Source: an uncultured Acidobacteriota bacterium (lineage in GTDB: Bacteria > Acidobacteriota > Blastocatellia > RBC074). Taken from it: a stretch of DNA of 52,293 nucleotides. The position numbers and the translations under genes are program-made. The notes beneath the pieces were generated by a model. It was not told where the DNA came from. It saw only the letters and a program-made list of their open reading frames with translations, and did not search any database. The DNA lies in contig CAIOZW010000103.1 in assembly GCA_903862855.1 (NCBI GenBank), positions 1 to 52,293 on the forward strand, in the 5' to 3' direction. This document shows, piece after piece, positions 19,901-30,088 of this stretch (positions within the stretch are counted from its first letter, which is position 1; each line of letters begins with the position of its first letter).

Positions 19901-20741
19901 GACAGTCACCAATCTTCTTCCTCCCGCTCTCGAGGAGGCGACTTGGACCTGCCAAGCGACAACGGGGTCTTCCTGTGGCGCTGCAACTGGCAAGGGTGGT
20001 GTAAACACAGCTCTGAATCTGGAATTGAACGGTCAGGCAACCTTTGTTGTCTCAGCCAAGATCTCCCGCAGCTTTGGTGGAACTCTGGTCAACCAGGTTA
20101 TTGTAGCTACTCAATCAGGGACGAGTGATCCATCCCTTACCAACAATGACGCCTCATCGCAGATCACGGTAATTCGCAGTGAAGGACCGACCTTCTTTAT
20201 CGGTCAGGGACTCTCAAGGATTGTCATCAGTCAGCCATTCCGTATTGCACTGGATGCGGCTGCACTCAATCGACTCGGGACCGGAAGTGCGAGTCTCTCA
20301 AACCAGACTCTTAACTTGCAGGTCGAGTCCGGCGCGCTCGATCTATTCAACGGGAGCGGTGAGATCCACCACTCCGGTGGTCTTTCACTCTGGATTGGAG
20401 GCAAGGAGATCCATATCCTGAGCATCACCATCGATACCTCGAAGGATCCGATTGCTGTTACCGGCGTCGTCCTCTACAACAGTGAGAGGGATCGGTCAAA
20501 TACCGGATCTGTCCTCGGTCGCGTCAAGCTTGCGGATCTACGCATGCCGTCATCAGTTGTCTTTCCGATCAGGCCAAACGCCTTCAACACCCTCTATTTT
20601 CACCAGGCCACCTTCACCATGTCGGACGAGTTGGCCAGCCTGCTCAACTTCCACTTTGGAGGTACAAACTTCAAAGCCGGACTCGAACTTGGGACGATCT
20701 CAACCCAGTTGATCGGTATCCCGGAACGCTTCCGAAATTGA
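16920..20741 (+). CDS. giant secreted protein: N-terminal domain, Gly-rich (beta-solenoid-like) region, 4x DUF11 repeat domains, unassigned C-terminal domain
   Basis: Sec signal (MKRKLLIFGVMTLMGLLAG...AASAQ). Gly-rich tracts such as GGGGGTAHNAGGGGGANGDNG and MGGGGGGGAQNDLSGGAGGNAGG. Four DUF11-type repeats, each with a ...VTNxGPS... core. Confidence 0.85.
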   Translation: MKRKLLIFGVMTLMGLLAGFMRPVNNAPIFVRAASAQSGSGDGDLVVANPNTVVNRYATLAISAPAGSSTILVTYPGGENGLRADLLAPGDLILIVQMAGAAIDNANTANFGQITNLNNAGKYEFVAISRVDGGLITLNPPCGGLLNDYSVDGRVQIIRVPRYNSLTVSSGASLTAPSWNGSFGGIIALNVAGTAVINGEINMSGRGFRGGLSPVIGAASNRNDYVTGQQEIGAEKGEGIAGYQTAYDQFGGRYGRGAAANGGGGGTAHNAGGGGGANGDNGSLWTGQGVMDGSVTGAVAWQLDPGYAENGNRLTTSSGGGRGGYSYAEFDGDPTKVGPGNQAWGGDQRRNVGGLGGRPLPQNPASRIYMGGGGGGGAQNDLSGGAGGNAGGMIYLVAGGVTGSGQLIANGNPGEDTRNQNRDGAGGGGAGGSIVVFSNTISGVKAEAKGGKGGDQRTPIQPNALESQGPGGGGSGGFVAYRGGTITVDVSGGIGGRTGSPSQTEFPSNGATNGATGAVLSNLNSIPYCSGTADLAVTNSNNADSVVPGLPITYTVTVTNNGPSAIYGVDVIDTLPTGFVQASKAWTCQSTAGSACSKSTGSGDLAGRVNLLVNGVATFTITALLDPAYTGSVTTRAQATIPAGGSDPNPANNSATDTDLAIPRADLVMTMHGTNASGLPSGGLTSSSVSFVPGTSVTFQIDIRNLGPSVANGFGITNQLPGYISLVSVSCTQSDGSCGVSSTTGNLVQLSSQGLGVSSGNLIRVTIVGFINPSAVGTLTSTASLVIPPVGPVGGLGTFGNGFFDPNVASNSSTVQGTLSPESNLSITKTNNQSTVTAGTSTSYQIDVTNLGPSDATGLDITDPLPAGLSLTNLTCVETGGSCGTNGTSGNQVRYTGARLPAGAGRSLRLVVTGTVNVDATGQMVNTAAVTTGSGATFSDPTPGNNSSTDSDQIIQQADLGVVMTGPPGNLFAGNVVTYRIVVTNSGPSKSLGSTVTNLLPPALEEATWTCQATTGSSCGAATGKGGVNTALNLELNGQATFVVSAKISRSFGGTLVNQVIVATQSGTSDPSLTNNDASSQITVIRSEGPTFFIGQGLSRIVISQPFRIALDAAALNRLGTGSASLSNQTLNLQVESGALDLFNGSGEIHHSGGLSLWIGGKEIHILSITIDTSKDPIAVTGVVLYNSERDRSNTGSVLGRVKLADLRMPSSVVFPIRPNAFNTLYFHQATFTMSDELASLLNFHFGGTNFKAGLELGTISTQLIGIPERFRN
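18516..20180 (+). repeat. four tandem DUF11-type (TIGR01451-like) protein repeat modules inside the giant gene
   Basis: Modules start at about nt 18516 (ADLAVTNSNN), 18912 (ADLVMTMHG), 19386 (SNLSITKTNN) and 19791 (ADLGVVMTGP). Each contains TYxxxVTNxGPS ... D.LP and ends with NNSxT/S. Confidence 0.8.
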
Positions 20742-20790
20742 TCTATCCCCCTTATTAAACCACGACGGTCCATATCAGGGGTCTGCAATC

Positions 20791-20834
20791 AAAGTCCACG
20801 AACCGCGAGCCTTTCGCTCGTGGTTCGTGGACTT
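20791..20834 (+). terminator. long hairpin (20-bp stem including one G:U pair) downstream of the giant gene; no U-tract
   Basis: AAAGTCCACGAACCGCGAGC / GCTCGTGGTTCGTGGACTTT with a 4-nt loop (CTTT), followed by GCCGCTCG. Confidence 0.55.
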
Positions 20835-20916
20835 TGCCGCTCGATGACTTGTATACTTGAGCTGCGCTAATCTATCCGCATTACCCAATCATTATGGCTC
20901 TAATGGAGATTTGATC

Positions 20917-23004
20917 ATGATCTGCCTCAGACGCTTTCACCTGGTTATTCTCTCTCTCATCGTTCTGACCTTACCTTCCCAACACTCTACCTTTGCTCAG
21001 ACAACGCGGCGTTCGATCTCTCTCGATGACCTTCCACGATTACGTGAGGTTCGCGATCCACAATGTTCACCTGATGGAAAGCAGGTCGCTTATGTTGTCT
21101 CCTCGATCGACTCCAGGGAGGATAAATCTGCCTCACACGTCCACGTCGCCAATCTCGACCGCACTGGTGATCGTCAGATGACCTTTGGACAGGAGAGTGA
21201 GTCAGCCCCACGCTGGAGTCCCAATGGTCGCTTCCTCTCCTTCACCTCGTCCCGCAAAGGGCCGGCAAAGGGAAGTCAGGTCTGGATCCTCGACCGGTCC
21301 GGCGGTGAAGCGACCCAGCTCACAAATGTCAAAGGTCAGCTACAGTCATATGAGTGGTCTCCTGACTCCCGTCTCCTTGCTCTGGTTATTGCTGATCCCG
21401 ACCCTGAGTCTGATAACGATGAGTCCGGAGCGCAGGTACCGCGGGCAGCCAAGCCGCCGAAACCGATCGTCATCGATCGATACAAGTTCAAGCAGGATGT
21501 TGCAGGGTATCTGCAGTCCGGACGACACTCTTACGTCTATCTCTTTGATGTTGAGACCCGAAAGCTCGATCGGTTGACAACCGGTAAGTGGGATGAGAGC
21601 GGGCCGAGCTGGTCACCAGACGGGAAGATGATTGCCTTTTTGAGCAATCACGATAAGGATCCGGATCGTGATTCAGCGAGTCAGATCTATGTGGCAGAGG
21701 CGAAGGCCGGTGTGGCGGAGCGACCGTTGACCTTACCGGGAATTCGGGTTGGGCGGAGCAGGCTCGACTGGAGTCCGGATGGAAAGTGGATTGCTTTTCT
21801 TGAGGAGGATGAGAAGAAGTTTGGCGCCTACAACATGGATCATCTGGCGATGATCGGTCTGTCAGGGGGGGCGCCACGACGATTTCCAACAGTAGAGGCG
21901 CTTGATCGTGGTGTTTCAGGTCCACGCTTCACCACTGACGGAAAGGCGATCAACTTTCTGGTCACCGATGATCGTTCGGTCTATCCAGTGCGCCTGACTC
22001 TCGCAGATGGTCTGGTCGAGCGACTCTTGAAGCCACCTGTCGTTATCTCAAACTGGAGTAGGGCGGGAAGCTGTTCGGTGGTAATTTCGGGTGGGGATGA
22101 TCGTTACAATGAGATATACACGATCGAAGGGAACACACTTCGCCAACTGACCAGACAGAATGACCAGCTCTTCTCCGAATTGACTTTTGGTGCGACTGAC
22201 GAGGTCTCCTTCCAGAGCAAGGATGGCACGACGGTCAATGGTCTTCTTACCTACCCGGTCGGTTACGTCGCAGGTTCGAAAGTACCATTACTTCTTCGCA
22301 TTCACGGTGGACCGAATGCCCAGGATCAGCACTCCTTCCAGTTCGAGAGACAGCTGTTTGCCGCGCAAGGTTATGCAGTCCTTGCCGTAAACTATCGTGG
22401 CAGCTCCGGGCGCGGGCAGAAGTTTTCCCGGGCGATCTTTGCCGATTGGGGCCATTACGAGGTTGACGATCTGCTGGCTGGAGTCGATCACGTCGTCAAG
22501 ATCGGTGTCGCTGATCCGAATCGACTTGGCGTGGGTGGGTGGAGCTATGGTGGCATACTCACTGACTATCTGATCGCATCCGATAACCGTTTCAAAGGGG
22601 CGACCTCGGGTGCCGGCACAGCCTTTACAGTCTCCTATTATGGCGTAGACCACTATATCCACCAGTATGACAATGAGATTGGCCCTCCCTGGAATCCAAA
22701 AGCCTGGGAGACCTATGTCAAACTCTCCTACCCCTTCCTGAAGGCAGATCGAATCAAGACACCCACCCTCTTTCTCTGTGGTGAGAAGGACTTCAATGTT
22801 CCGCTCTCCGGGAGCGAACAGATGTATCAGTCACTTCGCAGTCTTGGTATCGAGACTCAACTGGTTATCTATCCCAATGAGTTTCATGGACTTCGACGTC
22901 CTTCGTTTGTACGTGACCGCTATGAACGCTACCTTGCCTGGTATGCCCGTCACGTTCTCAATAAACAACCTGAGACTGCAGCTGCACCTGCCGCAACCAG
23001 GTAG
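20917..23004 (+). CDS. S9-family serine peptidase (prolyl oligopeptidase / acylaminoacyl-peptidase type) with N-terminal beta-propeller
   Basis: ATG at 20917 follows GGAG. It has a signal peptide and TolB/WD40-like repeats (PRWSPNGRFLSF, PSWSPDGKMIAF, LDWSPDGKWIAF). The nucleophile motif GGWSYGG is present, with GEKDFNVP and NEFHG completing the triad. Confidence 0.9.
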   Translation: MICLRRFHLVILSLIVLTLPSQHSTFAQTTRRSISLDDLPRLREVRDPQCSPDGKQVAYVVSSIDSREDKSASHVHVANLDRTGDRQMTFGQESESAPRWSPNGRFLSFTSSRKGPAKGSQVWILDRSGGEATQLTNVKGQLQSYEWSPDSRLLALVIADPDPESDNDESGAQVPRAAKPPKPIVIDRYKFKQDVAGYLQSGRHSYVYLFDVETRKLDRLTTGKWDESGPSWSPDGKMIAFLSNHDKDPDRDSASQIYVAEAKAGVAERPLTLPGIRVGRSRLDWSPDGKWIAFLEEDEKKFGAYNMDHLAMIGLSGGAPRRFPTVEALDRGVSGPRFTTDGKAINFLVTDDRSVYPVRLTLADGLVERLLKPPVVISNWSRAGSCSVVISGGDDRYNEIYTIEGNTLRQLTRQNDQLFSELTFGATDEVSFQSKDGTTVNGLLTYPVGYVAGSKVPLLLRIHGGPNAQDQHSFQFERQLFAAQGYAVLAVNYRGSSGRGQKFSRAIFADWGHYEVDDLLAGVDHVVKIGVADPNRLGVGGWSYGGILTDYLIASDNRFKGATSGAGTAFTVSYYGVDHYIHQYDNEIGPPWNPKAWETYVKLSYPFLKADRIKTPTLFLCGEKDFNVPLSGSEQMYQSLRSLGIETQLVIYPNEFHGLRRPSFVRDRYERYLAWYARHVLNKQPETAAAPAATR

Positions 23005-23030
23005 TCTGCTCTGGAAAGAATGTTGATATT

Positions 23031-23065
23031 GGGGGCGCTCGCCAGCCGGGTCGCCCCCTTTCTTC
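23031..23065 (+). terminator. Rho-independent terminator after the S9 peptidase gene
   Basis: GGGGGCG ... CGCCCCC stem followed by TTTCTTC. Confidence 0.65.
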
Positions 23066-23518
23066 AACCAAACGCCACCTCTTGTTACCCGCTATTACTG
23101 CCACACTTTGAAATCATTCGAACAACCACTGACTGACCAGTCTCATTGGTGATCTGAAGATCATTGTTTTCGCGTCTTGTTCCATCTCATCATCATCTGT
23201 TGCCTGATCAATGCATTGCTGGGCTTTTACCAAAGTTAACTGCAGCGCCATCAGTTTGATGGCGTCTGTGTATGCGTCTGATAACGTTAAGCGCTTTAAA
23301 AGGCAGAGGCTGGAGAGGAGGCCAATAGGCCGAGAGGCCTGAGAGAAAGGTTATAAAGAGACAGGTGTGTGTTGGAGAATGTAAATGCTGAGGGTCTTGC
23401 CGAGGGGCTGGGTTGAGGTTGTGTATGCTACAATCCACAAACAATAGGGAGCAATGAGGAATGGGAAGGGCAAGGATGACTTGGGATGATGAGTTTGGAG
23501 TGAGAGTGAGGAGGGCTA

Positions 23519-25102
23519 ATGAAATTTGAACGTGCCAGTGGAATTCTGCTCCATCCGACGTCGCTGCCTGGTTCGGGTGGTATTGGCAATCTTGGACCAG
23601 CCGCCTTTCAATTTGTCGATCGACTTGTGGAAGCTGGTCAGAGTCTTTGGCAAGTGCTGCCGCTTGGACCGACAGGTTATGGCGATTCCCCCTACCAGTG
23701 CTTCTCTGCCTTTGCTGGCAACCCACTGCTGGTCAGTCCAGAGCTTCTGGTAGCGGAAGGGCTGCTCTCGGCTGGAGAACTTGGAAATATTCCATCATTG
23801 CCTGAGGAGCGGGTCGATTATGGAGTGGTAATCGATAACAAGAGTGAGCTATTGGGAAGGGTGTACGCCACGTTTCTCGACAAGGTTGGAAGGGGGGAGG
23901 GTGGGGAACTCCTTCGAGGTTACGAGACTTTCTGCGAGCAGTCATCATGGTGGTTGGATGACTATGCACTCTTCCGATCGATCAAGGATGAGCATGGAGG
24001 ACAAGAGTGGACGAAGTGGGAGTCCGGCCTGCGCGATCGGGAGCCGGCGTCGATCAGGGCGTTTCTCGAGCGGAGACGGCTCGAGGTCGACCGGCATCGA
24101 TTCTTGCAGTTCCTCTTCATCCGGCAATGGATCGGGCTGGCACGTTACGCAAATGAGCGTGGGGTGAAGATCATTGGTGACATACCAATCTTTGTCGCTC
24201 ATGACAGTGCGGATGTCTGGTCGAACCGGGAGCTCTATCATCTTGACTCTTCTGGAATGCCAACCTGTGTGGCCGGGGTACCACCAGACTATTTCAGCGC
24301 GGATGGTCAGTTATGGGGAAATCCACTCTATCGTTGGGATCTGATGGCCGAGAATGGATACAGCTGGTGGATTACGAGGATCAGGTCAGCCTTGACGTTG
24401 TTTGATATTGTGCGGCTCGACCATTTTCGGGGTTTTGAGAAGTTCTGGACAGTGCCGGCTGGTGAGACGACCGCTCGAAGTGGAGAATGGGTACTGGGAC
24501 CGGGCGCGGATTTTTTCGGGGCTGTTGAGTCGGCATTGGGTACTTTACCAATCATTGCAGAGGATCTGGGCCTGATTACTGATGAGGTGCGGGAATTGCG
24601 TGATCGGTTCAACCTGCCGGGAATGCATATCCTTCAGTTTGCGTTCAGCCGTGATCCAGGTGCTGATCATCTGAAGCCCTACCGGTTCAATCCAAATTCG
24701 GTCGTCTACACCGGGACGCATGACAACGACACGGCGAGGGGATGGTTTGAGGGTGGATCTGGAGAAGTGACGACCCGCAGCGCAGCTGCTCTTGATGATG
24801 AGCGGGAATTTCTTCTTCGCTATCTGGGAACCGATGGTCAGGAGATCAACTGGGATATGATCAGGATGGCACTCGCCTCGGTGGCGGATCTGGCGATCAT
24901 ACCAATGCAGGATCTTATGGGTCTCGGATCTGAGGCCCGCATGAATACGCCATCCCGTCAATCGGGTAACTGGAGCTGGCGGTGTCGTCCCGACGATCTG
25001 ACCAGCAGTGCCTGGCAGCGTCTGGGTGAGATGACCGAGGTATACGGCCGCAATCGAAGACGCAGGAGACAGGAAGAGGAGTCGATCGGCGACCAAACTT
25101 GA
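23519..25102 (+). CDS. malQ: 4-alpha-glucanotransferase (amylomaltase, GH77)
   Basis: N-terminus [14 protein letters not shown]...GPAAFQFVD, plus [41 protein letters not shown] and [10 protein letters not shown]. Confidence 0.92.
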   Translation: MKFERASGILLHPTSLPGSGGIGNLGPAAFQFVDRLVEAGQSLWQVLPLGPTGYGDSPYQCFSAFAGNPLLVSPELLVAEGLLSAGELGNIPSLPEERVDYGVVIDNKSELLGRVYATFLDKVGRGEGGELLRGYETFCEQSSWWLDDYALFRSIKDEHGGQEWTKWESGLRDREPASIRAFLERRRLEVDRHRFLQFLFIRQWIGLARYANERGVKIIGDIPIFVAHDSADVWSNRELYHLDSSGMPTCVAGVPPDYFSADGQLWGNPLYRWDLMAENGYSWWITRIRSALTLFDIVRLDHFRGFEKFWTVPAGETTARSGEWVLGPGADFFGAVESALGTLPIIAEDLGLITDEVRELRDRFNLPGMHILQFAFSRDPGADHLKPYRFNPNSVVYTGTHDNDTARGWFEGGSGEVTTRSAAALDDEREFLLRYLGTDGQEINWDMIRMALASVADLAIIPMQDLMGLGSEARMNTPSRQSGNWSWRCRPDDLTSSAWQRLGEMTEVYGRNRRRRRQEEESIGDQT

Positions 25103-25104
25103 CA

Positions 25105-27111
25105 ATGGGTCAGCATAATCAGAGCCATAACCAGATTCCACATCCTGCTGACGGCATCCTCTCGACCCGAGAGTTGGGAGCGAGCTACAGTGCGCAGCAG
25201 ACGACGTTCCGTGTCTGGGCCCCCACGGCCCGACGGGTGAAGGTCAACCTCTACCGTACCCCCTCGGGAGGACGGGCGCGAAGGGTTGCAATGGAAAAGC
25301 TGGATGATGGTTGCTGGGAGGTGACCACAACAGGCGATTGGCTGGGAGCTTGGTATACATATAGTGCTGATGGGGAGGATCCACGTTTCAATCCGGATCG
25401 GGAGTTGCTGGATCCATACGCGAGATGTGTCAATGGTCATTTTGGGCGCGGTATCATTGTTGCTGATCAGACCCCGGTGGCGGATCGACCAGATTTTCCT
25501 TTGAATGAAGCCATCATTTACGAACTGCATCTCCGCGATTTTACCATCGATCCTGATTCAGGAATTGTGCGACGTGGAAAGTATCTCGGCCTGACCGAGA
25601 AGGGAACCCACCTGACGGGAAGACGTGATATTGCGACGGGGCTTGACCATCTTCTAGATCTTGGTGTCAATGTGGTTCAGTTGATGCCGATCATGGAGTT
25701 TTACAGCAACGATTCCGAGGATGAGTATGGCTGGGGCTACGATGTTGTTCACCACGGCTCCCCGGATGGCTGGTATGCCACTGAGCGGTACGATTCGCGG
25801 CGTGTCTCAGAGGTCAAGCAGATGGTCGATACTCTCCACCGGTCAGGAATCAGGGTCACGCTTGATGTGGTCTTCAATCACACCTTCGAGTCGATCCGCG
25901 AGAACCGGGTCTTCAGTTTCGATGGACTTGTTCCCGGTTACTACTATCGCATCAGACCTGATGGAACATACTGGAATGGTTCAGGTGTCGGTAATGAGTT
26001 CCGGACAGAGGCCCCGATGGTTCGTCGATACCTGATCGATACCCTCCTTCATTGGGTCAGGGAGTACCGGATCGATGGGTTTCGATTTGATCTCCTGGGC
26101 TTGATCGACTACGAAACGATCTCTCACCTTGTCCGGGAACTGCGTGCGGTCGATTCCGGTCTGCTGATCTACGGTGAACCCTGGGCAGGAGGATCATCTC
26201 CGATCGAGATTGTTCAGAAGGGACGGCAGCGCGGTGGCGGTTGGTCCGTCTTCAATGACCATTTTCGTGACGCCCTGAAAGGGAATGTTTTTGATGCCCG
26301 GACGACCGGTTTTATTCAGTCGGGTCGCGGGAGCGGTCTGGTGAGGGCAGGCATTTGCGGAGCAATTGACGATTTTGCCGATTCCCCACTCGAATCGATC
26401 AATTATGTCGAGTGTCACGACAACCATACGCTCTGGGATCGAATCGGGATCAGTACGGCGGATGACTCCCGGGTCACACCGGATGATCGGCGGGCCATGT
26501 CCAGACTGGCCGCAGTGCTTCTCCTGACAGCCCAGGGGATCCCCTTCATTCAGACGGGACAGACTTTTCGCAGATCGAAGGGTGGAGATCACAATTCATA
26601 CAACCGCCCGGATGCCGTCAATATGATCCGCTGGAGAGAGAAGGCCGAGAATATCGATCTCTACCAGTATTACCGTGAATTGATCGCCCTGCGTCGAAGT
26701 CATCCGCTCTTGCGGCTGGAAACAGCCGCAGAGGTGAGAAAGGCGGTTCACTTTCTCGATGAGCGCCCCGGATATCATATTCCCAATGGGTGCCTGGCAT
26801 GGGTCGTTGAGGATCCAACCGGCCTTGATACCTGGGAAAGGGCAGTTGTGCTGATCAATTCCAACCAGCTGCCCGTCAATTTGCCTCTTCCGCCTGGCAA
26901 TTGGAAGCTCTTTGTCGATGGCTGCCGGGCTGGAGTGGTACCTCTACGGCATCTTGTTTTCAATGGCGAGACTGCTGATCAACGGGAAGAGTTGGCAGGA
27001 GAGAGAGTCATCACAGTTGATGGTCATAGCGCTCTCATTCTTGCCGAGGTCCGACCGATCGAGCCTGACCAATCCGTTGCAGGAGAAATTGTGGAGAATG
27101 GTGATGAATAG
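25105..27111 (+). CDS. type I pullulanase / glycogen-debranching GH13 enzyme with CBM48-like N-terminus
   Basis: GH13 regions are present: [20 protein letters not shown] and YVECHDN. The ATG at 25105 lies 2 nt (25103-25104) after the malQ stop. Confidence 0.88.
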   Translation: MGQHNQSHNQIPHPADGILSTRELGASYSAQQTTFRVWAPTARRVKVNLYRTPSGGRARRVAMEKLDDGCWEVTTTGDWLGAWYTYSADGEDPRFNPDRELLDPYARCVNGHFGRGIIVADQTPVADRPDFPLNEAIIYELHLRDFTIDPDSGIVRRGKYLGLTEKGTHLTGRRDIATGLDHLLDLGVNVVQLMPIMEFYSNDSEDEYGWGYDVVHHGSPDGWYATERYDSRRVSEVKQMVDTLHRSGIRVTLDVVFNHTFESIRENRVFSFDGLVPGYYYRIRPDGTYWNGSGVGNEFRTEAPMVRRYLIDTLLHWVREYRIDGFRFDLLGLIDYETISHLVRELRAVDSGLLIYGEPWAGGSSPIEIVQKGRQRGGGWSVFNDHFRDALKGNVFDARTTGFIQSGRGSGLVRAGICGAIDDFADSPLESINYVECHDNHTLWDRIGISTADDSRVTPDDRRAMSRLAAVLLLTAQGIPFIQTGQTFRRSKGGDHNSYNRPDAVNMIRWREKAENIDLYQYYRELIALRRSHPLLRLETAAEVRKAVHFLDERPGYHIPNGCLAWVVEDPTGLDTWERAVVLINSNQLPVNLPLPPGNWKLFVDGCRAGVVPLRHLVFNGETADQREELAGERVITVDGHSALILAEVRPIEPDQSVAGEIVENGDE

Positions 27112-29254
27112 AAATATCTTGAGTAGAGTACGCACCTTCAGGGCTGCAGTCATCATTGGCCTGATTGGGATTTCAGCCATTCTGATTCCCGTCGCCATTG
27201 CCGATGAGGGAATGTGGACGTTCGACTCACCACCGCTCAGACAGTGGAAGGAACGTTACGGTTTTGAGCCAAGCCAGGAATGGCTGGATCATATCAGGCT
27301 CTCGACAGTCCGCTTGAGCGAGGGGGCCGGTGGTGGAACCGGCTGCATTGTCTCACCGGACGGGCTTATCATGACCAATCAACATGTTGGTCGAGGACAG
27401 GTTGCAAAGCTCTCGACCGGATCAACCGGGAGCGATGCTGGCCGCGATCTGGTCAGAGATGGTTTCTATGCGCCAACTCGTGAAGCCGAACTGAAGTGTC
27501 CGGATCTGGAGGTAAACATTCTCTTCTCGTATGAAGATGTGACAACCAGAGTTCGCGACGCGGTGAGTAAGGCTGTTGACAGCTCCACAGCTTCGCGTCT
27601 GCGAAGGGAGGCCATGGCAGTGATCGAGCGAGAATCTGTTGCCGCGACTGGTCTCAAATCTGAGGTCGTCACTCTCTATAATGGCGTGGAGTATTGGCTC
27701 TATCGTTTTCGACGCTATACCGATGTGCGACTTGTCTTCTCTCCGGAGGAACAGATTGCTTATTATGGTGGCGACTATGACAACTTTACCTATCCAAGGT
27801 ATTGTCTCGACATTACCTTCTTTCGCGTTTACGAGAATGGTCGACCGGCCCGGATGGATCATCATCTGACCTGGTCCGAGAAGGGGGCCGGCGACGGGGA
27901 ACTGGTGATCGTTCCCGGATTTCCCGGCTCAACCGCGCGGCTGTTGACGGTGGCGCAGCTCGAATTCCAGCGGCAGATCGGGAATGGACTGCAGATGGAT
28001 GTCTGGACATCACGTCGTGATGCTCTCAAAGAGTATGGAAGGCGTGGCGATGAGCAATTGCGACAGTCGTCTGCCACTCGACTTGGTCTCGAGAATTCCA
28101 TCAAACGACTTGTCGGTCAACAGACAGGTTTACAGAACCAACGGATATTTCAGCAGAAGATCGATTCCGAGAAGAGGCTTCGCGCTGCAGTTGCAGCCCG
28201 TCCGGAATGGCAGCGTGAGTATGGTGAAGCCTGGACGCGAATCGAAAAAGCCTATCAGGACTATCCCTCCATGGCCCGCCGCCTTGCCTGGTCGTCCCTG
28301 GCCTCGACCCGCCTTGGGACACTGGCCTCCAGTTTTGCCCGCTACGCTGAGGAGATTGCCCGCCCAAATGAGAAGCGCAGTGAGCAGTTTCGTGATAGCA
28401 GGCTGGAGTCGCTCCGCCTTTCACTCCTCTCAAGGGCTCCGATCTACAAGGAGATGGAAGTGGCGCTGCTTGCTGCCTGGCTGAGGGATGCGCGAACGGC
28501 GCTCGGTTCAACCGATCCGTTCATCAAAGCAACGATTGGAAGTGACGACCCGCAGGTCTTTGCACGGTCTCTCATCTCGGCCTCCAAACTTCACGATATC
28601 GAGTTCAGGCAGGGGCTCATCAATGGCGGCCCTGAGGCCATCAGCAGATCGGACGATCCGCTCATCCAACTTGCCCGTCGTCTTGAGCCGACGCTGCGCC
28701 AGCTCCGCGATTGGCAAGAGACCAACCTCCTCAGTATCGAGGCCGCGGCCGGAGAAAAGATTGCCGAGGCTCGGTTTGCTGTCTATGGAAAGACCCTCTA
28801 TCCGGACGCCAACTTCAATCTGCGCATAACTTATGGAACCGTCTCCGGTTATGAGGAGGATACGACGATGGTGCCGTACCGGACAACTTTTCACGGTCTT
28901 CTCGACCGTGCCAGTGGCTTTGGCGGAAAATCTCCCTATCAGCTCCCGGATCGCTATCTTCGACTGCTCTCAGCACCCGGCAGCTTTGATCTGGCAACAC
29001 CGTTAAACTTTGTCTACAGCGCAGATACGATCGGTGGTAACTCCGGCAGCCCGGTCATCAACCGCCGTGGAGAGCTGGTCGGAATAAATTTCGACAGCAA
29101 TATCCAGAAACTTCCCAATCGTTACCTCTATGTGGACGAGGCGGAAGGCGCACGTGCTGTTGGTGTTCACAGTCTGGCAATTACCGGGGCGCTCGATAAA
29201 CTCTACAATGCCCAACCCCTGGTCCGTGAAATTCTCACCACGAAAGCGAGGTAG
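27098..29254 (+). CDS. S46-family dipeptidyl-peptidase (DPP7/DPP11-like)
   Basis: Signal peptide, then ADEGMWTF. The catalytic motifs are MTNQHVG and [22 protein letters not shown]. The start (27098 or 27104) overlaps the pullulanase stop. AGGAG lies at 27081. Confidence 0.88.
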   Translation: MVMNRNILSRVRTFRAAVIIGLIGISAILIPVAIADEGMWTFDSPPLRQWKERYGFEPSQEWLDHIRLSTVRLSEGAGGGTGCIVSPDGLIMTNQHVGRGQVAKLSTGSTGSDAGRDLVRDGFYAPTREAELKCPDLEVNILFSYEDVTTRVRDAVSKAVDSSTASRLRREAMAVIERESVAATGLKSEVVTLYNGVEYWLYRFRRYTDVRLVFSPEEQIAYYGGDYDNFTYPRYCLDITFFRVYENGRPARMDHHLTWSEKGAGDGELVIVPGFPGSTARLLTVAQLEFQRQIGNGLQMDVWTSRRDALKEYGRRGDEQLRQSSATRLGLENSIKRLVGQQTGLQNQRIFQQKIDSEKRLRAAVAARPEWQREYGEAWTRIEKAYQDYPSMARRLAWSSLASTRLGTLASSFARYAEEIARPNEKRSEQFRDSRLESLRLSLLSRAPIYKEMEVALLAAWLRDARTALGSTDPFIKATIGSDDPQVFARSLISASKLHDIEFRQGLINGGPEAISRSDDPLIQLARRLEPTLRQLRDWQETNLLSIEAAAGEKIAEARFAVYGKTLYPDANFNLRITYGTVSGYEEDTTMVPYRTTFHGLLDRASGFGGKSPYQLPDRYLRLLSAPGSFDLATPLNFVYSADTIGGNSGSPVINRRGELVGINFDSNIQKLPNRYLYVDEAEGARAVGVHSLAITGALDKLYNAQPLVREILTTKAR

Positions 29255-29258
29255 GTCG

Positions 29259-30059
29259 ATGATGAAGAGGGAAGAGGCCTATCTGTTCGATCTCTTTCTG
29301 GTGCCAGGTTGGCTGGAGATCTTCAATCGCCTCATCGACGATGAGGTTAAGCTTCCCCGGGAGGGATATTTTCTCGATCTGGAGTGTGGAACAGGAGGCC
29401 TGGCGCTCGATCTGGCCGGACAGGGTGGGGAGAAGGTCAATCTGCTTGGGGTCGATTCAAATGAAGAACTTGTTGCTATAGCCATGGACAAGGCCAGCAT
29501 CCGCAAGTCGGCCAATGTCAGATTCGCGACTCCAGGGAGTGTCTCGCTCAATCCCTCGACCTTCGATATGGTGATCGTTGACCACTCTTTCTCTCCCTGG
29601 CGGCAACCATCGTTAAATATCGAAGAGGTCTCTGCACTCCTTCGCCAGGGGGGGCTTCTGGTCTCAAAGTTGACGACCGCCGGCAGTTTCGATGAGTTCT
29701 TCTCGATCTACTGGGAAGCACTCTATGAGCTTGGACTTACTGAACTCTCTCCGCGGCTTGAATCTCTGATCGCTGAACGTCCAACAATAAGTGATGCCGA
29801 GTCGATGACACACAAGGCCGGACTGCGGCAGATCCATAGCGTCGTCAGGAAGGAGGTCTTCAGCTTTGCTTCAGCCGGGGATCTCCTCACGTCACCTCTG
29901 ATCAGGCTCCCTTTTCTTGACCACTGGCTGGGAATACTTCCAGATGATGAAATCCGCACAAGGGTCACTGATCGTATTTCATCGATCATCGATCGTGAAC
30001 GGAATGGTCGTGATTTCGATATCTCAATAAAGGCAACAATCGTCACCGGGCGACGTTAG
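29259..30059 (+). CDS. class I SAM-dependent methyltransferase
   Basis: Motif I is LDLECGTGGLALDLA. The ATG lies 4 nt (29255-29258) after the S46 peptidase stop. Confidence 0.75.
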   Translation: MMKREEAYLFDLFLVPGWLEIFNRLIDDEVKLPREGYFLDLECGTGGLALDLAGQGGEKVNLLGVDSNEELVAIAMDKASIRKSANVRFATPGSVSLNPSTFDMVIVDHSFSPWRQPSLNIEEVSALLRQGGLLVSKLTTAGSFDEFFSIYWEALYELGLTELSPRLESLIAERPTISDAESMTHKAGLRQIHSVVRKEVFSFASAGDLLTSPLIRLPFLDHWLGILPDDEIRTRVTDRISSIIDRERNGRDFDISIKATIVTGRR

Positions 30060-30088
30060 TTTGAAGAGTACCCCTCTGAGATGTTTCC

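Noticed and set aside
23308-23320. Exact 13-mer GGCTGGAGAGGAG shared between the malQ upstream region (23308-23320) and the region upstream of the membrane-protein gene (40141-40153)
   Set aside because: In 52 kb on both strands, tens of exact 13-mer coincidences are expected by chance (about 2.7e9 pairs against 6.7e7 possible 13-mers). The flanks do not align. The same applies to the 11-mer AAATCCAAAAT at 16064 and 39073.
26912-27097. Long N-terminal extensions suggested by the ORF track (S46 peptidase from 26912, MTase from 29130, S41 from 6000, ACAD from 45558, S9 from 20857, metzincin from 32983)
   Set aside because: The extensions overlap the upstream genes or lack protein-like sequence. 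Internal ATG/GTG starts with Shine-Dalgarno-like sequences are followed immediately by signal peptides or conserved N-termini, and these fit better.
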